This document shows positions 32,353 to 40,897 of a stretch of 64,000 bases of DNA, piece by piece. The DNA is taken from the NCBI GenBank assembly GCA_963760795.1, contig CAVXEP010000022.1, positions 96,001 to 160,000 of the forward strand. Reading direction: 5' to 3'. Each line of letters opens with the position of its first letter. Within the stretch, counting starts at the first letter, position 1. Source of the DNA: an uncultured delta proteobacterium (GTDB lineage: Bacteria > Desulfobacterota > Binatia > UBA9968). The notes below the pieces were generated by a model. That model was not told the DNA's origin. It was given only the letters and a program-made list of their open reading frames with translations, and made no database searches. A program made the position numbers and the translations under genes.

Positions 32353-33285
32353 CTAAGCGACTTTCAGGTTTGGCAGATCCTGCGGCGTTTCGAAATTACC
32401 GGTTTCCAGCGCCGGCGCGATACGCTTGTTCAAGCCCTTGAGCACCTTGCCGGGGCCGATTTCCAAGGCGCGTTGACAGCCCAACGCGGACAGCTGCTTA
32501 ACCGACTCTTCCCAGCGCACCGGCCGCACCGCTTGTTCGACGAGCAGATCTTTGACGCGCTGGCAGTTGCGATTGACCGCCGCTTCGACATTGGTCACCA
32601 CACCGATCGTAAATGGATTGACCGTAATGTTTTGCAAGACTTGCCTCAGGCCATCGGCCGCGGGCCGCATGAGCTCGCAATGAAACGGCGCGCTCACCGG
32701 TAAGTCGAGGGCGCGCTTGGCACCACGCTCCTTGGCCAAGGCCATGGCACGAACCACAGCATTCTTAGCGCCGGCGATGACAATTTGCCCGCCGCCGTTA
32801 TAATTGGCTGGTGCGACGACTTCGTTCTGGCTGGCGTCGACACAGAGACTGCGCACGGCATCCATCTCCAAACCGAGGATCACCGCCATAGCCCCCTGAC
32901 CGGCGGGCACCGCCTGCTGCATCAACCGGCCGCGCGCGCGGACAACTGTCACCGCGTCACGAAACGCCAACGCGCCGACCGCCACCAATGCGCTGTACTC
33001 ACCAAGGCTATGGCCCGCGACATAGGCCGGGCGCAGATCAGTTTCCGCTTCGAGCACGCGCAGCGCGGCAACCGACATAGTGAGAATCGCCGGCTGGGTA
33101 TTTTCGGTGAGCTTTAAATCAGCATCAGGTCCGGTAAAACACAACCGGCTTAGGGAAAAGCCGAGAGCCTCGTCGGCTTCGGCAAACACCTGCTTCGCGG
33201 CGCTGAACTGATCGCAAAGATCCTTGCCCATACCGACGCTTTGCGAGCCCTGGCCGGGAAACACGAACGCTATATTACTATTCAC
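32353..33285 (-). CDS. fabD: Malonyl-CoA-ACP transacylase
   Basis: FPGQGSQ, GHSLGEY, VSAPFH. Confidence 0.95.
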   Translation of the reverse strand: MNSNIAFVFPGQGSQSVGMGKDLCDQFSAAKQVFAEADEALGFSLSRLCFTGPDADLKLTENTQPAILTMSVAALRVLEAETDLRPAYVAGHSLGEYSALVAVGALAFRDAVTVVRARGRLMQQAVPAGQGAMAVILGLEMDAVRSLCVDASQNEVVAPANYNGGGQIVIAGAKNAVVRAMALAKERGAKRALDLPVSAPFHCELMRPAADGLRQVLQNITVNPFTIGVVTNVEAAVNRNCQRVKDLLVEQAVRPVRWEESVKQLSALGCQRALEIGPGKVLKGLNKRIAPALETGNFETPQDLPNLKVA

Positions 33286-34396
33286 CACCGCGCCTCCGTC
33301 GGTCATCGCCAACCCCAGGCTCGGTCTTATCTCCCAATAATTCGATTTTTGACTTAACCCGTTCCCAAAGCTTGCGCGGTAGACCGTCTTTCTTGGCGCC
33401 CTCGGCGTTTTCTACCTCGCCCAAGGCATGGGCAATATGGCGATTCATCTCATGGTCGACGGCATCGCGCGCCAAACGAATCGCGCTCTTGATCGCCAGT
33501 GGACTGGAGCCGCCATGGGCGACGATCGCCACGCCGTCCAATCCGATCAGCGGCGCGCCGCCATACTCGGCGTAATCCAATCTTCGATAAGCCGTGCGCA
33601 ACGAATTGCGGCTCATCAGGTATCCGACCTTACTGGAAAGATTATGTTGAAAAGCGCCTTTGAGAATTTCGCCGGCAAAACTCGCCACGCCTTCCATGGT
33701 CTTAAGCGCAACATTGCCGGTGAACCCGTCGCACACCACGACGTCGACCTTGCCGTTAAAAATGTCCCGCCCCTCGACGTAGCCGATATAATTGAGTGCG
33801 GTGGCGCCCAGCAGCGCGCTGGCGGCGCGGGTCAATTCCGTGCCCTTGCTCGCCTCTTCGCCATTGCTCAACACGCCAACCCGCGGCTTGGTCACGCCTA
33901 GGACGGTTTCGGCATAGATCGACCCCATGAGACCAAAATGCAACAGATGTTTGGGTTTACAATCGACATTGGCGCCAGCATCGACGATTACCGTGCCCCT
34001 GCCAAGACTCGGAGCGACGACCAGAATCGCCGGCCGCGCCACCTGTGAAAGTGTGCCCATGACAAACATGCCGAGTGCCATCATCGCACCGGAGTTGCCG
34101 GCGCTGACCACCGCATCGGCGTCGCCGCGCTTCATCATTTCGAAAGCGACCCGCATGGATGAATCTTTTTTCCGCAGTGCGATGCTGGGGGATTCCTGCA
34201 TCGGCACCACTTCGGATGCCGGCGCGATGGCTATTTGCGGGGCACCAGGGTGCTCGGCGAGTTCCGCCGCGATAGTGTCGGGCGGACCGACCAGGACAAT
34301 TTCAACGCCGAGTTGTTGACGGGCGAGCAACACCCCTTCGATTACAACTCCGGGGGCTCGGTCTCCGCCCATCGCGTCAACGGCGATCTTCGGCAT
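33278..34396 (-). CDS. plsX: Phosphate acyltransferase
   Basis: IAVDAMGGD, SAGNSGA, DGFTGNVALK. Confidence 0.95.
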   Translation of the reverse strand: MPKIAVDAMGGDRAPGVVIEGVLLARQQLGVEIVLVGPPDTIAAELAEHPGAPQIAIAPASEVVPMQESPSIALRKKDSSMRVAFEMMKRGDADAVVSAGNSGAMMALGMFVMGTLSQVARPAILVVAPSLGRGTVIVDAGANVDCKPKHLLHFGLMGSIYAETVLGVTKPRVGVLSNGEEASKGTELTRAASALLGATALNYIGYVEGRDIFNGKVDVVVCDGFTGNVALKTMEGVASFAGEILKGAFQHNLSSKVGYLMSRNSLRTAYRRLDYAEYGGAPLIGLDGVAIVAHGGSSPLAIKSAIRLARDAVDHEMNRHIAHALGEVENAEGAKKDGLPRKLWERVKSKIELLGDKTEPGVGDDRRRRGGE

Positions 34397-34414
34397 AGCT
34401 GGCGGAAAGGAAAT

Positions 34415-34597
34415 TTAGGTGTTTTCGGTTTGGATCACGGCGCGGCCGCGGTAAAAGCCGCAGTGAGCACAGGCGCGATGGGGCAACACCGTCTCGCCGC
34501 AGTTAGCGCAGGCACTCCATTGCGGCGCGGTCAAATGGTCATGGGCACGGCGTTGGTTTTTCACTCGTTTCGAAGTGCGTCTTTTAGGTACCGGCAT
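34415..34597 (-). CDS. rpmF: 50S ribosomal protein L32
   Basis: MPVPKRRTS, CANC...PHRACAHCG. Confidence 0.95.
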   Translation of the reverse strand: MPVPKRRTSKRVKNQRRAHDHLTAPQWSACANCGETVLPHRACAHCGFYRGRAVIQTENT

Positions 34598-34655
34598 TTG
34601 ATTCGTCCTATCTTTCCCTGCCTCTGGCGGCAGCTACTTTTTAAAAAACAATATT

Positions 34656-35192
34656 TCAACTGCCCAGTTTTAACGTCCGAAACACCGCCATGCGCGGATC
34701 CCCCGTCGGCGACGCGCAGGAGCAGGATTCACCGTTGAGATTGATCCCACAAGTGCTGCACAGACCGCGGCAGTTCTCGCCACACAACGGTTGCGTCGGC
34801 AACGCCAAGATCGCCTGCTCGGCGATCAACGGCGACAGATCGATCTCGTCCCCCGAGTAATAGCTCAATGCCAAATCGTCGCGATGGAGCTCTTCAGCTT
34901 TGCGCCCGGCTTTGGCCCGATCGGGGATCAGCACGAATTCAAAGGGCTGATCTAAGTTAAACATAAATTCTTCGGCACAACGCCCACACAAGCCGCGCAA
35001 TTGGCCGCTCAACCGTCCGTCAAAAAACAAATCGGCCGCCGCACGATAGTAGCGAAGTTCGACCTCCAAGGACGCGGGAAAGCCAAATTCACGGACGCTG
35101 CTTTGGCTATAAATTTTATTGAGTTCCTCACCACTTTCGGAGAATGCGATCTCTTTGGGGGTTTGAGGAATCTCGTCGATGGAGATTTTCAT
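34656..35192 (-). CDS. yceD: YceD/DUF177 protein
   Basis: CGRC, LCGENCRGLCSTCG, DPR; upstream of rpmF. Confidence 0.9.
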   Translation of the reverse strand: MKISIDEIPQTPKEIAFSESGEELNKIYSQSSVREFGFPASLEVELRYYRAAADLFFDGRLSGQLRGLCGRCAEEFMFNLDQPFEFVLIPDRAKAGRKAEELHRDDLALSYYSGDEIDLSPLIAEQAILALPTQPLCGENCRGLCSTCGINLNGESCSCASPTGDPRMAVFRTLKLGS

Positions 35193-35671
35193 CGGCGATA
35201 ATGCGGGCCAATTAGTAGTTATTCAATATCGGCAATCCCTCGGGATGTCAAGCCGAGTGCTCCTGACAGTGACTCAAAAGTGCATGATTTATTCAGCACT
35301 TCCACGATAATTACGGAGTCGCACCGAGGCTCCGCAGAGAAACTTGCAGCGGCCGTCATCGGCTTGTGAATTCATCGCCATTTTGTTAACCAGTTTTTGT
35401 CCGGCCCATGAACATCCCCACCCACTTTCACGACCATTGGCGTGGCAAGCGCGATAAGTCCTGCGATCGCGTGCTGCGTACCGACTTTGCCGCGATGGTA
35501 TACAACAAGATCGGCCTGCGCTCGATTTCACCTGCCCCAATCGCGATGGCAACGTCGCCGTGGGCGATTCAACGCGAACTGATACGCCGCGACGGCTGGC
35601 CACAGCCGGCTCTATACAAAGCCAGAATTTCGGACTAGCCTACCGAGCATATCCAGCGAAGGAGTAGAACT

Positions 35672-36574
35672 TTGAACGGCCATATTGGATTGATTCATTC
35701 GCTCGTACCGGCGACGGTCGATTTGCAGGTCTCCATACCGGAGAGCCACCCATCGGCGCGCAATCTTGGCGCTGAACGGGTCGGTTCGGGCACCATCATC
35801 GATCCCAGCGGCTACATTCTCACGGTTCACTATGTAACCATCGGCGCCGCGTCGATCACCGTCACCCTGCCCGATGGTGAAGAGTATCCAGGACAGGTTG
35901 TCGGGCAAGACCAAGAGTCGGGTCTGTCGTTGGTCAAAATTCCCGGACGCGATCTGCCCTTTCTCAAAATGGCGGCGGCGGACTCGCTGGCTCTCGGCCA
36001 AGAGGTGGTCATGGTCGCCAGCAGCGGTAAAGTCGGCCGGCGCGTCAGCGGCGGCTATGTCAGCTCCATGGCTGGTTACGACGGCGAATGGGAATACATG
36101 ATCGACAAATCGATCCGCGTGACCGCGTTTAATCCCGGGTTTGGCGGCGGCACTTTGGCCAATTTCAAGGGCGAACTGGCGGGCATCGTCTCGCTCAACT
36201 TAAACGAGGTCGGCAAGTTCACGATGGCGATCCCCGTCGCATACTACCAAACCTATGAACAGGAGCTAAAACAGCATGGCCAGGTGCTTAGCCGGCCGCG
36301 CCGGCCTTGGCTGGGAATCTATACTCAGGGTGTCGCCGGCCTGGTGGTCATCGTCAATGTAACCGGCAACGGACCGGCGGCCAAATACGGCCTCAAAGCC
36401 GGCGATGTGATCTTATCGGTGGAAAACAACAAGATCCGTTCCCGCCAGGAGCTTTACCGAGAGATGTGGAAAAAGCGTCCGGGAGAACGGATCTTGTTTC
36501 GCGTTATCCGCGATGACGAAGCCGTCGATGTCGAAGTGATCGGCGGCGACCGCGCCGATCGTTACCGCACCTAG
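35672..36574 (+). CDS. HtrA/S1C-like trypsin-PDZ protein lacking the catalytic serine
   Basis: GSGTII, ILTVHYV, NPGFGGG where NxGNSGG is expected, C-terminal PDZ (PWLGI, GLKAGD); aaggag RBS. Confidence 0.8.
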   Translation: MNGHIGLIHSLVPATVDLQVSIPESHPSARNLGAERVGSGTIIDPSGYILTVHYVTIGAASITVTLPDGEEYPGQVVGQDQESGLSLVKIPGRDLPFLKMAAADSLALGQEVVMVASSGKVGRRVSGGYVSSMAGYDGEWEYMIDKSIRVTAFNPGFGGGTLANFKGELAGIVSLNLNEVGKFTMAIPVAYYQTYEQELKQHGQVLSRPRRPWLGIYTQGVAGLVVIVNVTGNGPAAKYGLKAGDVILSVENNKIRSRQELYREMWKKRPGERILFRVIRDDEAVDVEVIGGDRADRYRT

Positions 36575-37047
36575 TCGTCGCCGCCGACTTTCTGAATCTC
36601 ACCCTTGCCGGTAATCTTGATCCCGAGCGCCGGCGTATAGGCGTCCGGTTCGTAATTGATCATGCCTTTGTCGGTGGCGGCGAGATCGCTCAGTTTCACG
36701 TTAGCGCCGGCTTTTTCGATTTTGGTTTTTTCATCGACCCCGACCACCTCTTCGCGCACTTTCCCTTTGCGCTCCATCTGGAACGTGATCGTCCGTTGGC
36801 CGACGGCGCTGATCACGCCTTCAACTTCGACAGCTTTGGTCTTGGTCGCCTTCACCGCTTCGGTCTTTGCACCATCGGCTTTTGCCGGGGCTGGAGCCGG
36901 AGCCGCCGCCGGCGGTTGCGGCGCCGATGCGGCCGGTTTTGGCGCTGGCGCAGCCGGTTTATCATCCACCGAGCTGCAGGCAAAGATGATTAAACTCGCA
37001 AACAGGGCGCCGCCAGACCAGGTTGCGCATTGAACTAACTTATTCAT
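36571..37047 (-). CDS. Hypothetical lipoprotein
   Basis: gaggaaaggg RBS, IFAC lipobox, Pro/Ala linker, beta-rich domain. Confidence 0.7.
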   Translation of the reverse strand: MNKLVQCATWSGGALFASLIIFACSSVDDKPAAPAPKPAASAPQPPAAAPAPAPAKADGAKTEAVKATKTKAVEVEGVISAVGQRTITFQMERKGKVREEVVGVDEKTKIEKAGANVKLSDLAATDKGMINYEPDAYTPALGIKITGKGEIQKVGGDD

Positions 37048-37202
37048 TCCCTTTCCTCCTCAAGCCCAAGAATCAAGATTGTTGTCCAAAATAATTCGCA
37101 ATAATTTCTTCAGCTTAAAACATACTTCCGTTTGAATTGTCAAGGCGATGGGACATCACCGACCTTTGAGAATCACGGCAAAAAGAACTATTTAATAATC
37201 TC

Positions 37203-37631
37203 ATGACGATAAATTTGACCAACCTCACGAGCTATCGGGTGATCTACGGCGACACCGACCAAATGGGCGTGGTTTATTACGCCAATTATCTGCGCTGGTT
37301 CGAACGCGGCCGTTCGGAGTTTTTGCGCCAGATTGGCTTACCCTACGCAACCATCGAAGCAGCCGGCCTCCACTTTCCAGTGGCCGAAGTCACCTGCCGC
37401 TATGCCCAGTCGGCGCGTTACGACGATGTCATCGACATCGCCACGACACTGGTCGACCTAAGCCGAGTCTATCTGGTTTTTGATTACCAAATTTCCCGCC
37501 AAGCCGACCAACTCAGCCTCGCCACGGGATCGACCAAGCACGCCTGCATCGACCACGAGGGCCAGGTGAAACGTCTTCCGAAAATGCTCTTGGACGCAGT
37601 CGAGGTAGCGACGCGAAATAGCCAGGACTAG
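37203..37631 (+). CDS. YbgC/FadM-family acyl-CoA thioesterase
   Basis: YGDTDQMGVVYYANYLRWFERGR. Confidence 0.9.
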   Translation: MTINLTNLTSYRVIYGDTDQMGVVYYANYLRWFERGRSEFLRQIGLPYATIEAAGLHFPVAEVTCRYAQSARYDDVIDIATTLVDLSRVYLVFDYQISRQADQLSLATGSTKHACIDHEGQVKRLPKMLLDAVEVATRNSQD

Positions 37632-38791
37632 CGCAGCGTTTCGCCCTGTAACCGTGCGATCGCCGCGACAATCTCGGATCGTACTGCGTCGTCGCCTTCG
37701 AATTCCAAGCGGCGCTGGAGCGCGTCCCCCGCAGGGACGGTACCAATCTCTCCTAAAGCCCAAGCCGCATGACTGCGCACCAACGGTTCGCTATCGTCGA
37801 GTGTGGCGATCAACGCCGGCACCGCTTCTTGACATTTCAAGTTGCCAAGCGCCACCGCGACATTGCGTAAAAAGCCGCGGCGCTTGGCGCGCAGGATCGG
37901 ACTGCCACGGAAGCGCTGGCGGAATTCAGCTTCGGTCAACGACAGGAGCGGGATCAGTTGCGGCGCCAATAGGCCCGAGCGCGGACCGAACGCCGTCTCG
38001 GCGGTCGCCTGCGCTTTGACATTGTAAGGACAGACATCCTGGCAGATATCGCAGCCAAAAATGTGGTTCCCCACCAGCGGTCGCAGATGGCGCGGCATGG
38101 CGCCCTTGAGCTCGATGGTCAGATAAGAAATACAGCGGCGCGCATCGAGAACATAGGGCCCGACAAAGGCGTTGGTTGGGCAAGCTTTGAGACACAAATC
38201 GCATTGGCCGCAGCGGTCGCGCATCGGTCGGTCGTAGGCCAACGGTAGATCGACAAACAGCTCGCCGAGAAAAAACCACGAGCCCCGTTGCGGCGAAATC
38301 AAATGGGTGTTCTTGCCGATCCATCCGAGGCCGGCGACACCGGCGAAATCTCTTTCTAACACCGGTCCGGAATCGACAAAGGCGCGCCCTTCTATGGATT
38401 CGCCGCAAAGCGCACGAATGGTTTCGAGCAACCGCTCTAAGCGCGCTTTAATAATCTCGTGATAATCATCGCCCCAGGCATAGCGTGAGATCCAGCCCTC
38501 CGAGTTGTCCGGCATCGCCGGCCGGGCAAACGGCGTGTAGTAATTCATGCCGACGGAAATAATCGACTGCGCCCAGGGCACCAGCTCGTGGGGATCGCGG
38601 CGTAGCGCTTCGGTGCGGCTCAGGTAGCCCAGCTCGCCGGCAAAACCGTCGCGCAGCCAGCGCGCGAAGGATTCGCCGTGGGGCGGCAACTGAACCGGCG
38701 AGATGCCGGCGAGCGCGAAACCCAGTTCCTGCGCCGCCGCTTTAATATGAGCGGACAGAGTTGCGCGCGCAGTGTCGGGCGAAGAGTTCAT
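37628..38791 (-). CDS. queG: Epoxyqueuosine reductase
   Basis: ISRYAWGDDYH, GWIGKN, CGQCDLCLKACPT, GCDICQDVCP, C-terminal HEAT repeats. Confidence 0.95.
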   Translation of the reverse strand: MNSSPDTARATLSAHIKAAAQELGFALAGISPVQLPPHGESFARWLRDGFAGELGYLSRTEALRRDPHELVPWAQSIISVGMNYYTPFARPAMPDNSEGWISRYAWGDDYHEIIKARLERLLETIRALCGESIEGRAFVDSGPVLERDFAGVAGLGWIGKNTHLISPQRGSWFFLGELFVDLPLAYDRPMRDRCGQCDLCLKACPTNAFVGPYVLDARRCISYLTIELKGAMPRHLRPLVGNHIFGCDICQDVCPYNVKAQATAETAFGPRSGLLAPQLIPLLSLTEAEFRQRFRGSPILRAKRRGFLRNVAVALGNLKCQEAVPALIATLDDSEPLVRSHAAWALGEIGTVPAGDALQRRLEFEGDDAVRSEIVAAIARLQGETLR

Positions 38792-38854
38792 GAACCGAGA
38801 TTCGCGACGGTGCAGCGCTGTTGGCAACGACCATCGCCTAGCGCGGCGCAGCCG

Positions 38855-39075
38855 CAAGCAAAGTTAACAAGAAATTTCACCACAGAGTTCACAGAGCAGA
38901 AGATTTGCATTCGGAATATTTCCCGCCAAGCCAGCAAGGCCGCGAGTGATCTAAGAAAGATTTCCCCCAAGGGTCGAAATGACAACAATTCCGAACTTGG
39001 CGACTTTGCGACTTTGCGGGAGGAACATCTGAATCCAAGAATTTGCCGCCAGCGAAATTCACACGGCGCAGATGG
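38855..39075. repeat. Composite intergenic dispersed repeat
   Basis: 38972-39003 matches the reverse complement of 54552-54583 at 31/32; cacagag units also at 44538-44566. Confidence 0.65.
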
Positions 39076-39086
39076 AACAGTCGCGC

Positions 39087-39530
39087 TCAGTGGTAGGATG
39101 TTTTGCTATCCGGCGCCGCGCTCACGTCGTCGAGCAACGTCTTGCGCCCAGCAAAGCCATCTTCGATTCGATGATAGTGCGCCACGCTGGCTTCGCCGAT
39201 CTGCCAACAGAGAAACACCACTTCCGAACCGAGCATGCAGGGAAAGTCAATCAATCCCTGCTCGACGCCTTTGCACACGCAGCCATGGCCGTTAATCGCC
39301 GTCACCCAATCCTTGATCTGCGTGACCAGTTTCAGGACCTCGCCATCCTCGCGCAATCGTTCCATCAGATTGGCCGCGTCGGGATCGAGCTGCTCGCGCC
39401 GAATCACCGCCTCGCTGACGCCCTTCAAGCGCCGGATATTTTCCAGGATTTGCTCCACCAGCGGCCGCAGCACCGGCAAGAGTCCGTTGGCTTCGTTGAC
39501 CGTGAAGAGTCGAGGAAAATTGGCGTCCAT
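39087..39530 (-). CDS. DUF2203-family protein
   Basis: FTVNEANGLLP, GLIDFP, LCWQIGE, GFAGR. Confidence 0.88.
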   Translation of the reverse strand: MDANFPRLFTVNEANGLLPVLRPLVEQILENIRRLKGVSEAVIRREQLDPDAANLMERLREDGEVLKLVTQIKDWVTAINGHGCVCKGVEQGLIDFPCMLGSEVVFLCWQIGEASVAHYHRIEDGFAGRKTLLDDVSAAPDSKTSYH

Positions 39531-39589
39531 GTATGGCTTCTTTCAAACTCTCGCCGGGCTGGGCGCGTTAAAGAACCCCGCGCCGGCGC

Positions 39590-40885
39590 TTACAGCTTCA
39601 TGCCTTCGCGGATTTTCCGCAGCAGCGCGATGTTGTCCGAGTGGCCGGTCATGCGCGCGTGAATCGCGCCGCGAATCGGCCGGCCGAGCAAATAGAAATC
39701 GCCGAGGATATCGAGAATCTTATGGCGCGCGAATTCGTCGGCGAAACGCAGCTCGGTGTTGACGATCTTCTCGTCGTCGATCAGGATAAAATTGCTCAAC
39801 CGTCCGCCGTTGGCCAGACCCATGGTTTGCAGCTTGGCGATGTCTTTGAGAAAGCCGAAGGTCCGCGCCGGTGCGATCTCCTCGCGAAACGATGCGGCGC
39901 CGCGATGACGATAGGTATACTGCTGTTCGCCGACCGGATTGGGATAGCACAGCTCATAGTGCACCGAGAAGCTCTCCGCCGGTTCGATGGCGATGGACTC
40001 GCCGCCCTTGGCTTCAACCCGATAGGCGCGGTCGATAACGATCTCAGCGGTTTCTTCATCTTCCTGCTGAATGCCGGCTTCGTCGATGGCCTGGCAAAAC
40101 TCCAGCGCCGAGCCGTCGAGAATCGGCACTTCGCCGTGAACTTTGATGAGCAGATTGCCGATCCCATAACTGTGCAGTACCGCGAGCAAGTGCTCGACGG
40201 TGCCAACGGCGAATCCTTGGGTACGCAATGAGGTCGCGTAACCGGTGGAGCCGACGTAGTCCAAATGCGCCGGCACCGTGACTTCGCCGGAAATACCGGT
40301 AAAGCGAATTCCGCTGTTGGGCGGCAACGGATGCAAAATCAAGCCGGTCTTCACGCCCGAATGGAGCCCTTGGCCGGATAGCACGACGCTTTTTTTCAAG
40401 GTCCTTTGCTTGACGTTGCTCGACGCCACGCCCACCGACGACGCGTCGCCGCCCTTAGTCGCGGCAGTCTTCCTCTTGGCTCGGCTTAGCTGGCCCAGGG
40501 TATTCGACGACTCACCCAAAGCGCGCTGCACGGTCAGGAGCAGGCCGTCCAGGGAAACCGGCTTTTCGAGAAAATCGAAGGCGCCGAACTTCGTCGCGGT
40601 CACCGCCGTGTGAATATTGCCATGACCGGAAATCATCACGACATTGAGGTCCGGCTCCTGAAACTTGATTTCCTTGAGCAAGCCGATGCCATCGACCTGA
40701 GGCATCCAGATGTCTAGTAAAACAAGCTCGGGCCGTTCTTTACGAATCAGGTCGAGCACTTGTGTGCCGTCGCGGGTATCGATGACGCGGTAGCCTTCGT
40801 CGCGCAGCGCTTCGCGCACCGACTCGCGCACATCGTCTTCGTCGTCGACGACTAAAATCGTTTTGTTAACCGCCAGCTCGTCCAC
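39590..40885 (-). CDS. lpxC: Fusion of an NtrX-like receiver domain and LpxC (UDP-3-O-acyl-GlcNAc deacetylase)
   Basis: REC: VVDD, LLDIWMP, ISGHG, FLEKP. LpxC: QRTL, GLHSG, TVEHL, EVPILDGSA, APARTFGF, RHKILD, TGH. One 431-aa ORF with GGAGG RBS. Confidence 0.92.
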   Translation of the reverse strand: MDELAVNKTILVVDDEDDVRESVREALRDEGYRVIDTRDGTQVLDLIRKERPELVLLDIWMPQVDGIGLLKEIKFQEPDLNVVMISGHGNIHTAVTATKFGAFDFLEKPVSLDGLLLTVQRALGESSNTLGQLSRAKRKTAATKGGDASSVGVASSNVKQRTLKKSVVLSGQGLHSGVKTGLILHPLPPNSGIRFTGISGEVTVPAHLDYVGSTGYATSLRTQGFAVGTVEHLLAVLHSYGIGNLLIKVHGEVPILDGSALEFCQAIDEAGIQQEDEETAEIVIDRAYRVEAKGGESIAIEPAESFSVHYELCYPNPVGEQQYTYRHRGAASFREEIAPARTFGFLKDIAKLQTMGLANGGRLSNFILIDDEKIVNTELRFADEFARHKILDILGDFYLLGRPIRGAIHARMTGHSDNIALLRKIREGMKL

Positions 40886-40897
40886 TCACCCTCCAAG

